Shown: piece after piece, positions 38,234 through 50,562 of the stretch | How positions within the stretch are numbered: the first letter of the stretch is position 1 | Layout of the letters: each line of letters opens with the position of its first letter | Assembly (NCBI RefSeq): GCF_001194135.2 | Contig: NC_068982.1 | Span: 147,242,866 to 147,293,427 of the forward strand | Direction: 5' to 3' | Source: Octopus bimaculoides | Taxonomy: Eukaryota | Length of the DNA stretch: 50,562 bases | Program-made: the position numbers and the translations under genes | Notes under the pieces: generated by a model | Seen by the model: the letters and a program-made list of their open reading frames with translations, nothing else | The model's database searches: none | What the model was told of the DNA's origin: nothing

Positions 38234-38349
38234 TCTTCTTCTTCTCCTCCTCCTCCTCCTCCTCCTTCTTCTTCTTCGTCTGATTATTATTATAATTATT
38301 ATTATTGTTATTATTATTATTATTATTATTATTAGTAGTAGTAGTAGTA

Positions 38350-38388
<39 letters not shown>

Positions 38389-38429
38389 CAGCAGCAGCAG
38401 TAGCAGCAGCAGTAGCAGAAGCAGCAGTC

Positions 38430-38478
<49 letters not shown>

Positions 38479-38513
38479 CAGTAGTAGCAGTAGTAGTAGT
38501 AGTAGTAGTAGTA
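38234..38513. repeat. Compound trinucleotide microsatellite (TTC/TCC)n-(ATT)n-(AGT/AGC)n
   Basis: Read directly; extends into the gap at 37955-38233. Confidence 0.95.
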
Positions 38514-38680
38514 TTCTGCATCTCACAATGCAAGAAGAAACCTAAGACTATGGACTAGGTAATCATACACCGAAAAGGATTTGACAGTCACATAGGTCAG
38601 CTTGATCAAGTTTTGACCTCTGACAGTACAAAAAAAGACTGCTTCTGAAAAATGTGAGACACCTGTGATTTTATTGTAGT
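38514..38680 (-). mobile_element. 3' end of an R4/Dong-like LINE
   Basis: Minus strand gives a frameshifted QK(A)VFFCTVR (cf. QKAVLLGTAR) near 38620-38650. The 3' UTR motif attacctagtccatag matches attacctcagtccacag in the 20.6-kb copy. Confidence 0.55.
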
Positions 38681-38829
38681 TATTGTTGTTGTTGAAGCTC
38701 AGAGCAACTCACGTCGAGTAGAAGTATAATCAAAGTGATTCCAGTTTGCATCCGCAGCTGCTTGCATTATACATACATGCATACATACATACATGCATAC
38801 ATACATACATTCATATATACAGACGGCTG

Positions 38830-39220
38830 TATGGTATCACTCAGGCAGCGCTTGTAAACAACAGCAGCAAAAATACATACATTAGTGCAGTCCGGAAAAG
38901 TGAAGTGAGCAACATTATACGCGTAAGCAGTGAACTCCTCAAGAAGCACCCTCTTCCTGATGATCTCCTATACAGCCTCAAAACAGCAGGGCTCTCTTAC
39001 CTCAGAGAAGACCTGGATGGAAAGCACTCAGCATACAAAAAAAGACCATGCATGGGTATGTTACCCGAAAGCTTGAAGAAGCCAGTGGAATTGACACGAA
39101 GCGCAGCCTCTCTTAGACACAAGACCACTACATCACGTCACACTTTAAAGACTATGCGTTTGCAATCCAGGAACAAGACAATACCACAAAAGTATCTGGT
39201 GAACAAGAGAGACAGTGACT
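38830..39220 (+). mobile_element. R4/Dong-like LINE post-RT fragment
   Basis: KKRPCMGMLPESLKKPVELTRSAASL (cf. KPLHGQYxRxLxKxxVDxxxSxxWL); a shifted frame gives DYAFAIQEQDNTTK (cf. EGFxxAIQxQxIxTK). This explains the 158-aa track ORF. Confidence 0.6.
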
Positions 39221-39599
39221 AATAGTGAGTGTGTCTATGCACACAGCATTTGAGCTTTTTAGTTCTTATTTCTTGCAATGTAGGTGTTCTAACTCCTTAG
39301 GTAACACATTGCACACGGCTGCCTATATTGATTTAATATATGTTGTGTGTGAATTGCTTGAAACACGAAGTAGAAAAACAGCCAGTAACTGGTAAAGGGT
39401 TGTTTTTCCATGTTACTTGCTTTGCTTTCCATTTATTTCCTTTGTTATTCGCAAAAAAAGTTCATATTTCATGTTTTCGTATTTTGTATTTCATGTTGTG
39501 CGCACACGTATTTTGAGCGAAAACGTTCAAGTTAGACGGATGGGAATGCCCTTTCGATCAACGGCGCTTTCTATCTATATAATAAAGTAACAGATATCC

Positions 39600-39985
39600 T
39601 TTATGAAATGGAAACGATGGATTATTCAATGGAATGTCGCCACACCTCTTTTCCCTGGCCAAGTTCAAGACCCAGTAATCGAAACAAAAAAATCAATGCG
39701 ACTTTCTAGGCGTGACAGACTGAAAATGGTGTCATCTTCCTTGATTTTCTAGAAGGTTTCTTACTGTACTATGAACAATGAGCTGTACATTGACACAATC
39801 AAAAATTTTACAAACGTCATTCGGTGGAAAAGACCGAACAGGGATATGATACTCATTCACCATGGAAATGTGTGACAACAAACATCTTTGACAATTGATA
39901 AACTGGGTTGGTCAGTGTGCTCCCATCCACTGTACAGCTTATATCCTCGCCCACAGACTTCGACTTGTACGGTTCAATAAAAGTC
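39600..39985 (+). mobile_element. mariner transposase relic (DD34D catalytic region)
   Basis: SMECRHTSFP (cf. SMEWRHxxSP); ENGVIFLDFLE; TMNNELYIDTIK; RWKRPNRDMILIHHGN (cf. HDNA); KLGWSVCSHPLYS...PTDFDLYGSIK (cf. LGWxVLPHPPYSPDLAPSDFHLFGPLK). Confidence 0.85.
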
Positions 39986-40399
39986 ATATTGAAGCTTCCG
40001 TGATAACTATTCTATCGCCACTTCACTCATTACGCACAAATCTCATCATCTAGCGTACATCTTCTTTGGCTAAGATACATGTGTCAGATACTATAATTTT
40101 TGTAACAATAATCAACTCATTTGAGAAGTATTTTGATAAGACTGATAATATTTATCTTTGACCCTCCTCAGCTGGCCAAATGAAGAACTGGAGATCGCAA
40201 TAAAACACTAGAATACCAGTGTCTAATATCATAAATTATATACATTCATTTCCAAATACTACTGGAGTCGATCTTTGCTGCTATCCACCCCAGCTCAGTG
40301 AATAGATATTTGTACAGAAACTGAGTTAATCTAACAAACACTTAGTGTAAAAATCGATTCTTTTTACCTATGTCAGAAGCCGGTATCAGATAAAGGGAA

Positions 40400-40610
40400 T
40401 GAATTCACAAATTTAATGGAAAGGCAGATAAATTGCTTTGCACTATTTGGTTATGATCCATTTCGTTCTTTTGTTGAGTTCAAATCCCAGGAAGGTCGAA
40501 TTTGTCTTTAATAATTTCATAGTAAATAGAATACGGAACCGGAGTTAATTAAATCGTCTATATGTGTCTCCCCAGATTTTAAGTCTTGTACCTTTGTAAG
40601 AAATCAATAT
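40400..40610 (+). mobile_element. Highly diverged SINE of the 13139 family
   Basis: gagttcaaatcccaggaaggtcgaatttgtcttt...cccagattttaagtcttgtacct is collinear with the family. A similar remnant lies at about 42400-42530. Confidence 0.45.
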
Positions 40611-43600
40611 TACTTGATTAAAAGTAAAGATTTAAAGTAATGCGATTATGATGATTAAAAGTAATGTAAAAATCATATTCCTATTTAATTTTACTAGTTT
40701 AGACAAGGTATCTATCAGTAATATTATTAGGATCATTCATCCGCCTAGAGATCACCTTAGAAATTTAGTTTATTTTCCTATTACGTAGATCCCTATACTT
40801 GAGAAAGCAGGAACAAAACTTCCATCGAACTATAATATATTTCTTGTTTAGTTCATAGTTCGTGTTGCTTTAATCTTGCCAGTAATGGTAGGATTAAAGC
40901 AAGACCAGAATATTATATGAATCGAAAAATACTGCAGAGTTTTTGAGCATAAGGCCAGTGTGCTTTAGATAACAACATATATCAATGTAGCTGTTTTAAC
41001 TCTAATACTAAGACAAAGCATTATTCCTAATTATATTTCATGTAATTTACTCATCCATATCAATTTGCTTGGCTTGTTGTGTATGTTATTTGATATTTGC
41101 GTTCACATTTTAATCTACGCATATTCTCATAATGATGTTTATTCAAACATATCAAATACAATTATTGATGTTACACTTTTATAAGAAATCCAGTGAACAT
41201 TGTCCTTATATTCCATCAAAGGGGAATTACAGCTCAAGCGTTTCGTCGCGATTCCTAAGATTTTTCAAAGAATTGTGTTATCAATTTTCAGTGTTTCGTA
41301 TGTGTTTCTCACAGATAGCAATCCAAGATTCCCAAAGCCCTTGATGTTTGGTTGATTTTAGAAATAACAGAAAGAATTAATATAGCCAGGAAAATATAAT
41401 TTCATCATAAATGTTGTTCCTACACCATTTGACTGATTTTGAAATCATTATGTACTTAGAAAGCGTTGCTGTAGGCAAGTTTCTTATTGAAGTTCAGCTA
41501 TAGGTTAAGAGGAAAAAACCGCCACAACATATGTAATTCACGAAATACGTGGTTTTAAACAGAAAGTGTAGACATAACTAAAGATTATCTCATTTAAAAA
41601 TACAAATGGCAAAAAATACAAGAAAATAAATGAAAGGAATGATACCAAAATAAGAAATAAAAATTGAATATGAAAGTGCGAATATAAACTAAAAGCGAAT
41701 GAAAGAAAGTATATAATAGATAAAATTATAGGAATAAAAAGTTCGAATGAAAAACTGAAATGATTAAGTAAAGAAAGGAAAGAAAAGGGAAAGTAGAGTG
41801 ATAGATAATTTGAAAGGAGAGAATGAAAGGAATATTCGGTGAATCGAAAAGGAAAAAAACTAACAAAAGTTATAAAAATATATAAGCAAAGATTTTAAAC
41901 AATAGAAGAAAGAAAACAGATATGTGTAAAGCATTGCAATTCATAAATAAATGCCCTGCACTTAGAGACGGTACACGTAGGAGAAAGGGAGTAGTGGAGA
42001 GTAAAAGTGATAAGGAAAAGAGAGGAGAAATATAAAGGGAAAAGGATGCGAATAAGAGACAGAAAGAAGGTTCGGAAATTGAGAGAGGGGTAAAGAATAC
42101 CTACGAAGGAAAATAACGTTGGTGTTAATCATATAATTTTCCGATTGCCTTGAAATAAATACGTGCCCAGTATATGCAAGCAAAGGATATTATGTAGATT
42201 TTAAAACAGAAACGTGGGTATTTGAGTGTAATTTCATTTCTGGGACGCGAAGACAAGAAAGCAAAGAGGCAAACATGTTCAATATTCAAAGATCGACAGT
42301 ATTTTACAATGGTAGTGACATAAAGTTATTAACGATCATTGTTCACTTATGTAAATGTATCATATTTCACTGCTACTACAAAGCGTGCGCAAAACGGAAT
42401 TAACAGAACCAATAGAACATCAGATAAAATGATTTACGCTATTCGTTTCGGTTCTCTGGTTTCAAATCCCGCAGAAAATCGCTTTGTCTTTTTGCCTTTC
42501 GGTGGCAATAGCATTTCTATTCAAGTCAACTTATTTCCATCGATTGTATTTGTGATTCGAAGGGCTTGATTAGTCACACTGTGTCACGCTGTTTTAATTT
42601 TATAATTTATGTCTTTGTTTCCAGACTGTACCTGAAAGGGCCAACCATATCGCATAGCGTCACCCCGGTTCAGGCTACAGATGATGAGGAATAATCTGCA
42701 GCTTACCTGGTAATTTTACAAAAAGAAATTCAATTGGTTAAACGACTGAGTGCTCATCGTCGGAAAATGACGAAGAATTCGCAACTGTTTCACATTTTCA
42801 CTACGCAGACAAAGATAAACATCTCGAGAGTCAAACATCATTGCAATTCAGCTTAGTTAACTTACAATTCTGACGTCATATCCTGATGTCCGGATGGCGT
42901 AGACAAACATTAAAATAAGATTAGCTATGCTGACTTAGCCTGAATAAATTTAATAGGTCATGGTAACACCCAGTATTAGGTTAGTTAAAGTTGTTTGTTT
43001 TATATTATTTTTATCTATAAATTTATTTCACACAGTAAGCAATCACTTCGTAAGAATCATTTCGAAAACAAACAAGCGAGTTTCTATGCAAGAACGTTCG
43101 ATTTTCAAAAACTAGCTGCCTATTTTCCCTCAAACCACATAAAATCAGTATTAAAAGTGTACTCATTTAAAAATGTAGTCTATGATATCAACATAAATAG
43201 TTTTATGGCATTGTCTCGTTTGCAACACTTTTCATCATAGTCAGGCTGGGCATGAGCTAAAGAAGAACAACAACAACTTAATAAAAACTTATAGTACACT
43301 AGAAATGTTTTTAAAATTTCCTTTAATGACAGGTAAGTTGTCAGAATCTTTACACCGTCGGACTAAGTTCCGTGCAGTATTTCTGTAAGCTTTTCAAACC
43401 GAAATCAGGTTTGTTTTTCAGTCACGTATTAAAGTCGATATGATCGATTATTTCAGGCCCAAATTTTCTGACCTGATGCCTGTGTGAGAAATTATAATTC
43501 TTAAAAGACTATTTTTACATTTATGGATACTACTTATTCATATGCACAAACACACTGTTATATATATAAGCATGGGTACAAACATAAAAACAATATGCCT

Positions 43601-43639
43601 AATTAACTGGAGCTTCGTGGCAGCGACAGTATATATATG

Positions 43640-43678
<39 letters not shown>

Positions 43679-46600
43679 NNNNNNNNNNNNNNNNNNNNNN
43701 NNNNNNNNNNNNNNNNNNNNNNNNNNNNNNNNNNNNNNNNNNNNNNNNNNNNNNNNNNNNNNNNNNNNNNNNNNNNNNNNNNNNNNNNNNNNNNNNNNNN
43801 NNNNNNNNNNNNNNNNNNNNNNNNNNNNNNNNNNNNNNNNNNNNNNNNNNNNNNNNNNNNNNNNNNNNNNNNNNNNNNNNNNNNNNNNNNNNNNNNNNNN
43901 NNNNNNNNNNNNNNNNNNNNNNNNNNNNNNNNNNNNNNNNNNNNNNNNNNNNNNNNNNNNNNNNNNNNNNNNNNNNNNNNNNNNNNNNNNNNNNNNNNNN
44001 NNNNNNNNNNNNNNNNNNNNNNNNNNNNNNNNNNNNNNNNNNNNNNNNNNNNNNNNNNNNNNNNNNNNNNNNNNNNNNNNNNNNNNNNNNNNNNNNNNNN
44101 NNNNNNNNNNNNNNNNNNNNNNNNNNNNNNNNNNNNNNNNNNNNNNNNNNNNNNNNNNNNNNNNNNNNNNNNNNNNNNNNNNNNNNNNNNNNNNNNNNNN
44201 NNNNNNNNNNNNNNNNNNNNNNNNNNNNNNNNNNNNNNNNNNNNNNNNNNNNNNNNNNNNNNNNNNNNNNNNNNNNNNNNNNNNNNNNNNNNNNNNNNNN
44301 NNNNNNNNNNNNNNNNNNNNNNNNNNNNNNNNNNNTATATATACACACACATACGTATGTGCGTGTGTGTCTGTATATACATATATATTTACATATACAA
44401 ATATATAAGGGAGTTGTACACGAAGTACGATCGTTGATAGAAATAGCAGCCGGTAAGTTTGCGGCGCTATGTAGAACTTCACTGAATATTTACAGGTAGA
44501 GATGTGTGCAGGCGGTGAATATTGGATAATTCTGTCTTACTTCTACGGAAACCGTTATAGGAATAAAGGATAACTCAATACTGCAGGTTCAAATTCTTTA
44601 GATCACGTGCGTGAGCGCGAATCTGATTGGGTATTGTCAGTTGAGACAGACAGAGAAAGACATCGTATCCGCGTGCACTATGATTCCCTAATCATTTTTC
44701 CCTTTCGCATTGTACCAGCAGAGGACTGAAAGATTGAAAAACACTACTGTCGCCAATGGGATTTGAAATCGGTACGCAGAATTACAGGACAGAGGAACAC
44801 TTAATTTCTCATTCATCTTAATATAGAGGAAAACAATTAGTATTTGTTTCCCAATTGACGTACAAGAAAATCGACTTAGCTTTAAACAGGACATAAAACC
44901 AAGATTCATAATAAGTCCCACATCTTCAAAGTCTAAAAGACGATGCCATAAACTCTTGTATAAAGCAGATGATGTCTTCATTTTCACCTATTCATCAATC
45001 ATTCATAAACCGGTGAGAAATAAATGATAAATCAAATAGAAAACAATGGGTAATAAACTTTTATTGGAGGGGTGTCACTCTCTCTCAACATTTATTATTT
45101 CAGTTGGATTGTTTGAATGAAGATTAACATAAAAATGGAGCTCTAAAATAAGAATGATTAAAGAAACAAAAAATAAATAAATAAACGAAATGAAGGTCTT
45201 GTTTTTCCCTTGATAGGTTAACTGATTATGTAAACGGGTACTTGATTTCATGAGCTGCAGTATTTGTTTGGAATTGGAAAATATGAGCTAATGATATTCG
45301 TAATGTTTAGCAACTTAAAAAACTTCAAAGAATAATCAACAAAACAAAACTTTAATATTTCATCTTTAATGGGATTAATTTGAAGGCCATTTAAAGGCCA
45401 TGCTGTAAAATACTATTATGACTTTTAGCTGTAAAGAGAATTCATTCATGGTTAGCGGAGTTGAAGTTGTCACGGCAACTGTAATGGATATGGCTATTGC
45501 AGATAGAGCTTGCGGAGTGATAAAATAGTGGTTCATAAAATAGTTCATAACAGCAGAATATAACATAAAAATTATTAGTGTTTTTGTGGTTAAATACTTG
45601 TAACTTTCATGAGATTTCCGTTATAATTATTGACATTGAGTGAAGTTAATTAGTACATCTATTGACATTTAGGTAGCATCTAATGACTTGCCTTATCAGT
45701 AAGAGAATTATTAATATTTTTTTTTATCAGATTTCATGGTTGAAGCAATACAGTGCCAGACTAAATGCCTTACAGTAATTAGTTTTAATCTTCTAAGTAT
45801 TGAGTTTAACTCTCCCTAAGTATCGATTAGTGGATTTAATTGAATGGTATAACTATTTTGTAGCAGTATTGATCACATTTTTATATTAATTCATCGCACA
45901 AAAATACTTCTAAAATTTGATACGTGTTTATAAATATGCGTAATCAGTAGAATATAATAAGCCTTGCGTAGAAGGATTTGTATAATATTATATTATACAA
46001 ATATATACTTGTTACAAACAAGCAAGCAAAAATCAGAGTGAAATATCTTGTATATTTTTCCAATAAAGCTAGAATGGTTAACTTTGAATTTGACCTTATA
46101 TACAGTACAATATCAAAATGCAATAAACAATTATAGTTACAGTGGTTATGATCAGTTAATGCTTCTGTAGTTAGATCTGATCGAATTTCAAAGATCTCCC
46201 AATGAGTGTTTCTCAAATATTACGTTTATTATTGATTAATACTAGGTTGACTCTAACAAAAAAGACTTAGGTTTCGAATGCAAAATGCACCGTGCACCTC
46301 ATTAATCAATGTGTTTTGTTTCCTTTGATGGTAGTGTGTAACTTAACGGTGATTTAGCTGCTCTTTCTAGCAGATCGGTTAATCACATTGAAACTCAGCT
46401 GTTTTATAAACGTCCCTTCACTCTCATGTTACTGTTGCTTTGATAGATACGCAGTATTTTTTATCATGGTCAAAATAAATATTTCCCAAACGTTAAAGCG
46501 TTTATCATTTATTATTTTAAAGCATCACAACCAACGCAGTTGTTTTTTTTTAATTCTGCATTTCATTGCTATACTTAGCACTTGTAATAAACTACTTCAG

Positions 46601-46846
46601 AATCCATTACAATTCAGATGAATGAATCAGAGTAGAAATTTCATTGCAAGTCACATCGGTTCTAAAGATATGTTTAGTATCACTTACATGACAACAAAAT
46701 GTCCCACAAATTTATAAAAGCTAAAATACTATAATACAATTAAAATCTAACCGGATGATTATTTCTAGTGAAATCCATTAACAAAACATTCTATATTAAA
46801 ACGTTTAGTACAAATGTGATACGGAAATATAAATATATACGCATAT

Positions 46847-47012
46847 AGGCACAGGGGTAGCTGTGTGCTAGGAAGCTTTCGTCCTAACCACATGGTTCCG
46901 AGTTCAGTCCCACTGCATATCACTTTGGGCAAGTGTCTTCTACTTTAGCCTTGGGTCGACCAAAGCCTTGTGAGTGGATTTGATAGACGGAAACTGAAAG
47001 AAGCCAGTCGTA
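46847..47012 (+). mobile_element. 5' half of a tRNA-derived SINE with a CORE-like segment
   Basis: A-box-like tagctgtgtgctagg, B-box-like gagttcagtccc, CORE-like cactttgggcaagtgtcttctac, then gaccaaagccttgtgagtggattt...gacggaaactgaaagaagcc and a (TATC)n(TGTC)n array. Confidence 0.75.
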
Positions 47013-47043
<31 letters not shown>

Positions 47044-50000
47044 TTATCTATCTGTCTGTCTGTCTGTTACTGCCTTAATCAGAGGAGAAAGAAACAATGC
47101 TCCAGACCTGTTTCTATATTTTTAAGACTATAAGACGAAGTTACCCTCAAAGTAAAGGCGATGCTCCAGTGTTAGCAATAGACACTGTGGTAGTGTTAAG
47201 CCAGACGATGGCTTGAGTCAACTAGTCAAGGAGAGAAATGTCTCTTTGATAGGTTTCCACACATATTCCTACTACTAACAAATTTCGCTTACAATGTTTT
47301 CGTCGACTAGAGGCTGTAGTAGAAGATACGCGCCTTGCGGTGCAATAGAACAGAAAGTAAAACTAAATTTTGCGAAGTGAATTCTTAACTACAAAGCCAT
47401 GCATAGTTTCTTTTTTGTTTAGAACTCGGATGCCATTAGAATTGACGCGTTCGTGACATTCCTTTCGATGAAATACCTGCAAAGAATATGTTATTAACAG
47501 GTCAAATGTTATTCCATATATAACATGTTCGCCATATATATCATGAAAGAAGAAATGAGTTGGTGTCTTTTACGTCTCCGCTAAAGTCTCAAATATAATA
47601 AATTCTACGTCGACTTCAGATACTCCATCTCATACCTATTTTCTTTTAACTTTACGATCTGCTGATTACCACAAGCTTACTGATTCTAATAACAATCCTT
47701 ATGTTTGTGTATGAACAATCTATGTAGCTACCTATCACTGAATATTTGTGAATACAATAGGGTTGCAGACTAGATGATTGATGCAAAACTTTTAAGCTGT
47801 GTAGGTTCCAACTGCTTTCTTTGGACATTATCAACTTGCATATCTAATACTCTCAGCAAACTATCCAAAATATTGAATGTGAATCAGAACAAGTGACTGA
47901 ATAAATTATCTATTATCTTTGTATTGACACTTAGGCACTGAGATGCTGGAAACCTGTGACTTAGAATGGCACTCCTTATTCTGACATTAGAAGAATCACT
48001 GTCTTTAAATCATGGAAAATTGTAACTATAGTTACCAGAAAGTCTGGAGAAAAAAAGTAATTATTATTATCCAGAAATGTGAAAGAGCTCAGATGCACCA
48101 AGGCTCAGTTTTATGACTTAATACATATTGTAGTAATGATAATAATTATATTACCAAAAGGACTGCGAGATTGAATTTATTTCTTAACTTTTCGTTGGAC
48201 AACGTTTCAGCCAAAATGCATGGAACCTGTACAACTAGATTTTACTATATTGAAAGTATTTATTAACTGAATAATTATGAACATTGAGGCATGTAAATAC
48301 GGGGAAATAAAATGATTTTGATAGATGAAATATATAACACTAATCAGTTGATGATCTCGATATAAACGAGGAAAAAAGCAGTCTTCTTATTTTTATTTTT
48401 CTATATATCACCAGATGGTCTTCAAACCAATTACGTTCTATATTTGCACGCAACGTCTCAATATTCTTTACTTTCCGCGAATCTAACTTACCTATTAAAA
48501 CACACAATAGTAGTTTCCATTCCCAGGAAGATCAATCTTTTTGATCTTGCCTATCGTCATCATATTATTCTTTCTTCGAACTTCTTTGCATGGAAGCAAA
48601 ACGATGCTCAAACCTACTTAGAACAAACACAGATACCACACGTAGCCAACAGGCAGCAGTAATATTGAAATACAAATAATATACTTCATTAACGGTGGGC
48701 TATGTTAGCCCCACCTGTGTCCCAGTTTTTCCGTATAAATTCACAATATAATAAATAGAACGTAAAAACGGTGCGCAACGCAGCATAACAGGTTGTAGCA
48801 ATCTTTAGAGAACTGCATTCTTGATGAAAAAAAAAATCTAAGTCACGTAAAGAAAACAATTGTTTTCTCAGAACAAGATTCAACCATAACAACCCCAGTG
48901 ATTACATGAAAATTCTATTTTTAGAAATCCATATACAGGCTATTGTGGTATTTTACGCCTGCCAATCAAAAAACATCATGCAAGGACTTTTTTGACATGG
49001 ACACCAAAAGAGCGTTTAGAAAGTGCCGTTTCAAGAATACCTTGCGCTGAACATTTTCGAAAATTCTGAAATGTAGTACACGATGATCACTTGGAGAAAT
49101 GTAGCAAGAACAGCTATCATCAAACATACTGGCGGAAGTTTACTGATTGGTATCTCTCAACACAACAAAACATATCGCTAAAGGAATGTGATTGTCACGA
49201 CTGCCATGCCTTGAACTATAGGTCTGCCTCATCAGAGTTGGATAAAAACAATAACAACTAAAACGACGCTATCATCATCGTCAATATTAATATTAACATT
49301 TCGTCAAAAACTTTGAGTTTTTTTCCCTTCTTATGGTCAACATTACAGTTTAAATAGTATATCAAACCTTTAATCAAAGTCTTTCCACTTGTGTCCTTCC
49401 AGAATATTTACGTATTCATAGATACATTGTCTAATGTGCTCTCCATTTATTGACAGGTTAAGATGTGATTTAAGGGAGGTTTGGTGTTATGGATTTGCTG
49501 CAGTGATCTGCAACTTCAGGCTAATATCATCTCGATATCAACTTTGTCTTTCATACTTATAGGGTTGATAGATAAAGTACTGGTAGAGTATCAACGGCGA
49601 TTATTCTTGCTATCTCGAAGCCGTCTATATTGTGCTGCGTGAAAGCAATGAAAATCATTCCCCGAACTACTTTCTTCAGATGCGGATAAAGATTAAGAAA
49701 AGGGGAGTAACCGCTTTTCATCAAAAATGGAAAACGAAAAAGGAAACAACAGGAATGATTTTGATATGGAACTGTCCAAGAACTGATTACAGCGAAGCAC
49801 AGCAGAACAGAAAAAAATTAAAGAGAAACCTTTCTTTTTACTACGTGACTAGTTAAAAAAAGATGTGAAATATATTTAACTGCTAGCACGTCCCTAATTG
49901 ACACAGAGCAGTTGTAATGTTTTGTGTTTTTCAAATTATTAAATTAGCGTGCTGTATCATGAGTGATAGCCATGTTCATTATTACAGACAGGGTTAAATA

Positions 50001-50474
50001 TTGAGACAGTTGTGGTAAAAGCAAGTGTCTGTTGCGGTCACTCTATATAACAAATTGAAAATTCTCATTTGATCATTGTCAGTGCCTGAAATATGATAAT
50101 AAAAATGTCTGTGGTGATTGCAGCTATTATAGATAGGTTAGAGAAAGTGAGAAAAAATACTTCCCCACCACAGAAAAATAAAACAAAACAAAACCAAATA
50201 TACGTAGGGAAAACAGTAAAATGGAATTCTTCTCATTGACATTAGACACGTGGCCGCCTATTAAAAGTGTTTTCATCTGCACTATATTAGAATCATAAGC
50301 CTGTTCGATCCGGGCTGACCTGGGGCTAAACAACAATACAACAACTGCAGCAGTGACAACAACACCAACAGCAACAAGAGCAAAGGCTCGCATCTGCATT
50401 CTATTAGTATCCTGCAGAGTTGAAACGAAGCATGTGTGACAATCACTGTAGCGTTTTATATCTCATTATCAGGT

Positions 50475-50517
<43 letters not shown>

Positions 50518-50523
50518 ACACAA

Positions 50524-50562
<39 letters not shown>

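Noticed and set aside
44590-44640. E-box CACGTG plus CCAAT-box-like ctgattgg suggesting a promoter
   Set aside because: Isolated short motifs 15 kb from the only gene, with no associated ORF or other support.
48693-48714. Small hairpin ggtgggcta-tgt-tagccccacc
   Set aside because: A single 9-bp bulged stem with no partner terminus found; insufficient to call an element.

Overview
AT-rich, microsatellite-dense animal genomic DNA from a gapped draft assembly. An octopod cephalopod is inferred from the recalled SINE families and repeat content; this is not proven. There is one convincing protein-coding gene: an uninterrupted 423-aa minus-strand ORF (28559-29830) for an Sp-family transcription factor of the Sp6-9 subfamily, with a buttonhead box and three C2H2 fingers, and noticeably divergent from the Sp8/9 consensus. 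The rest is a gene desert of decayed mobile DNA: Hero-like, R4/Dong-like and RTE-like non-LTR retrotransposon relics, a Penelope-like GIY-YIG fragment, piggyBac and mariner transposase relics, several tRNA-derived SINE families, a Helentron-associated (HINE/DINE-1-like) element and long foldback inverted repeats. The most unusual item is a 353-bp insertion (14412-14764) with a 13-bp target-site duplication. It joins a tRNA-like Pol III head to a minimal type I hammerhead-ribozyme motif and carries an inverted partial copy of itself, which suggests a ribozyme-bearing SINE mobilised by Penelope-like elements. Other degenerate hammerhead-like motifs from unrelated repeat families occur at about 5350, 6460 and 32550. 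Most ORFs in the supplied track are microsatellite or N-gap artefacts. All family assignments come from manual translation and recalled consensus motifs, not database searches, and coordinates of decayed elements are approximate.
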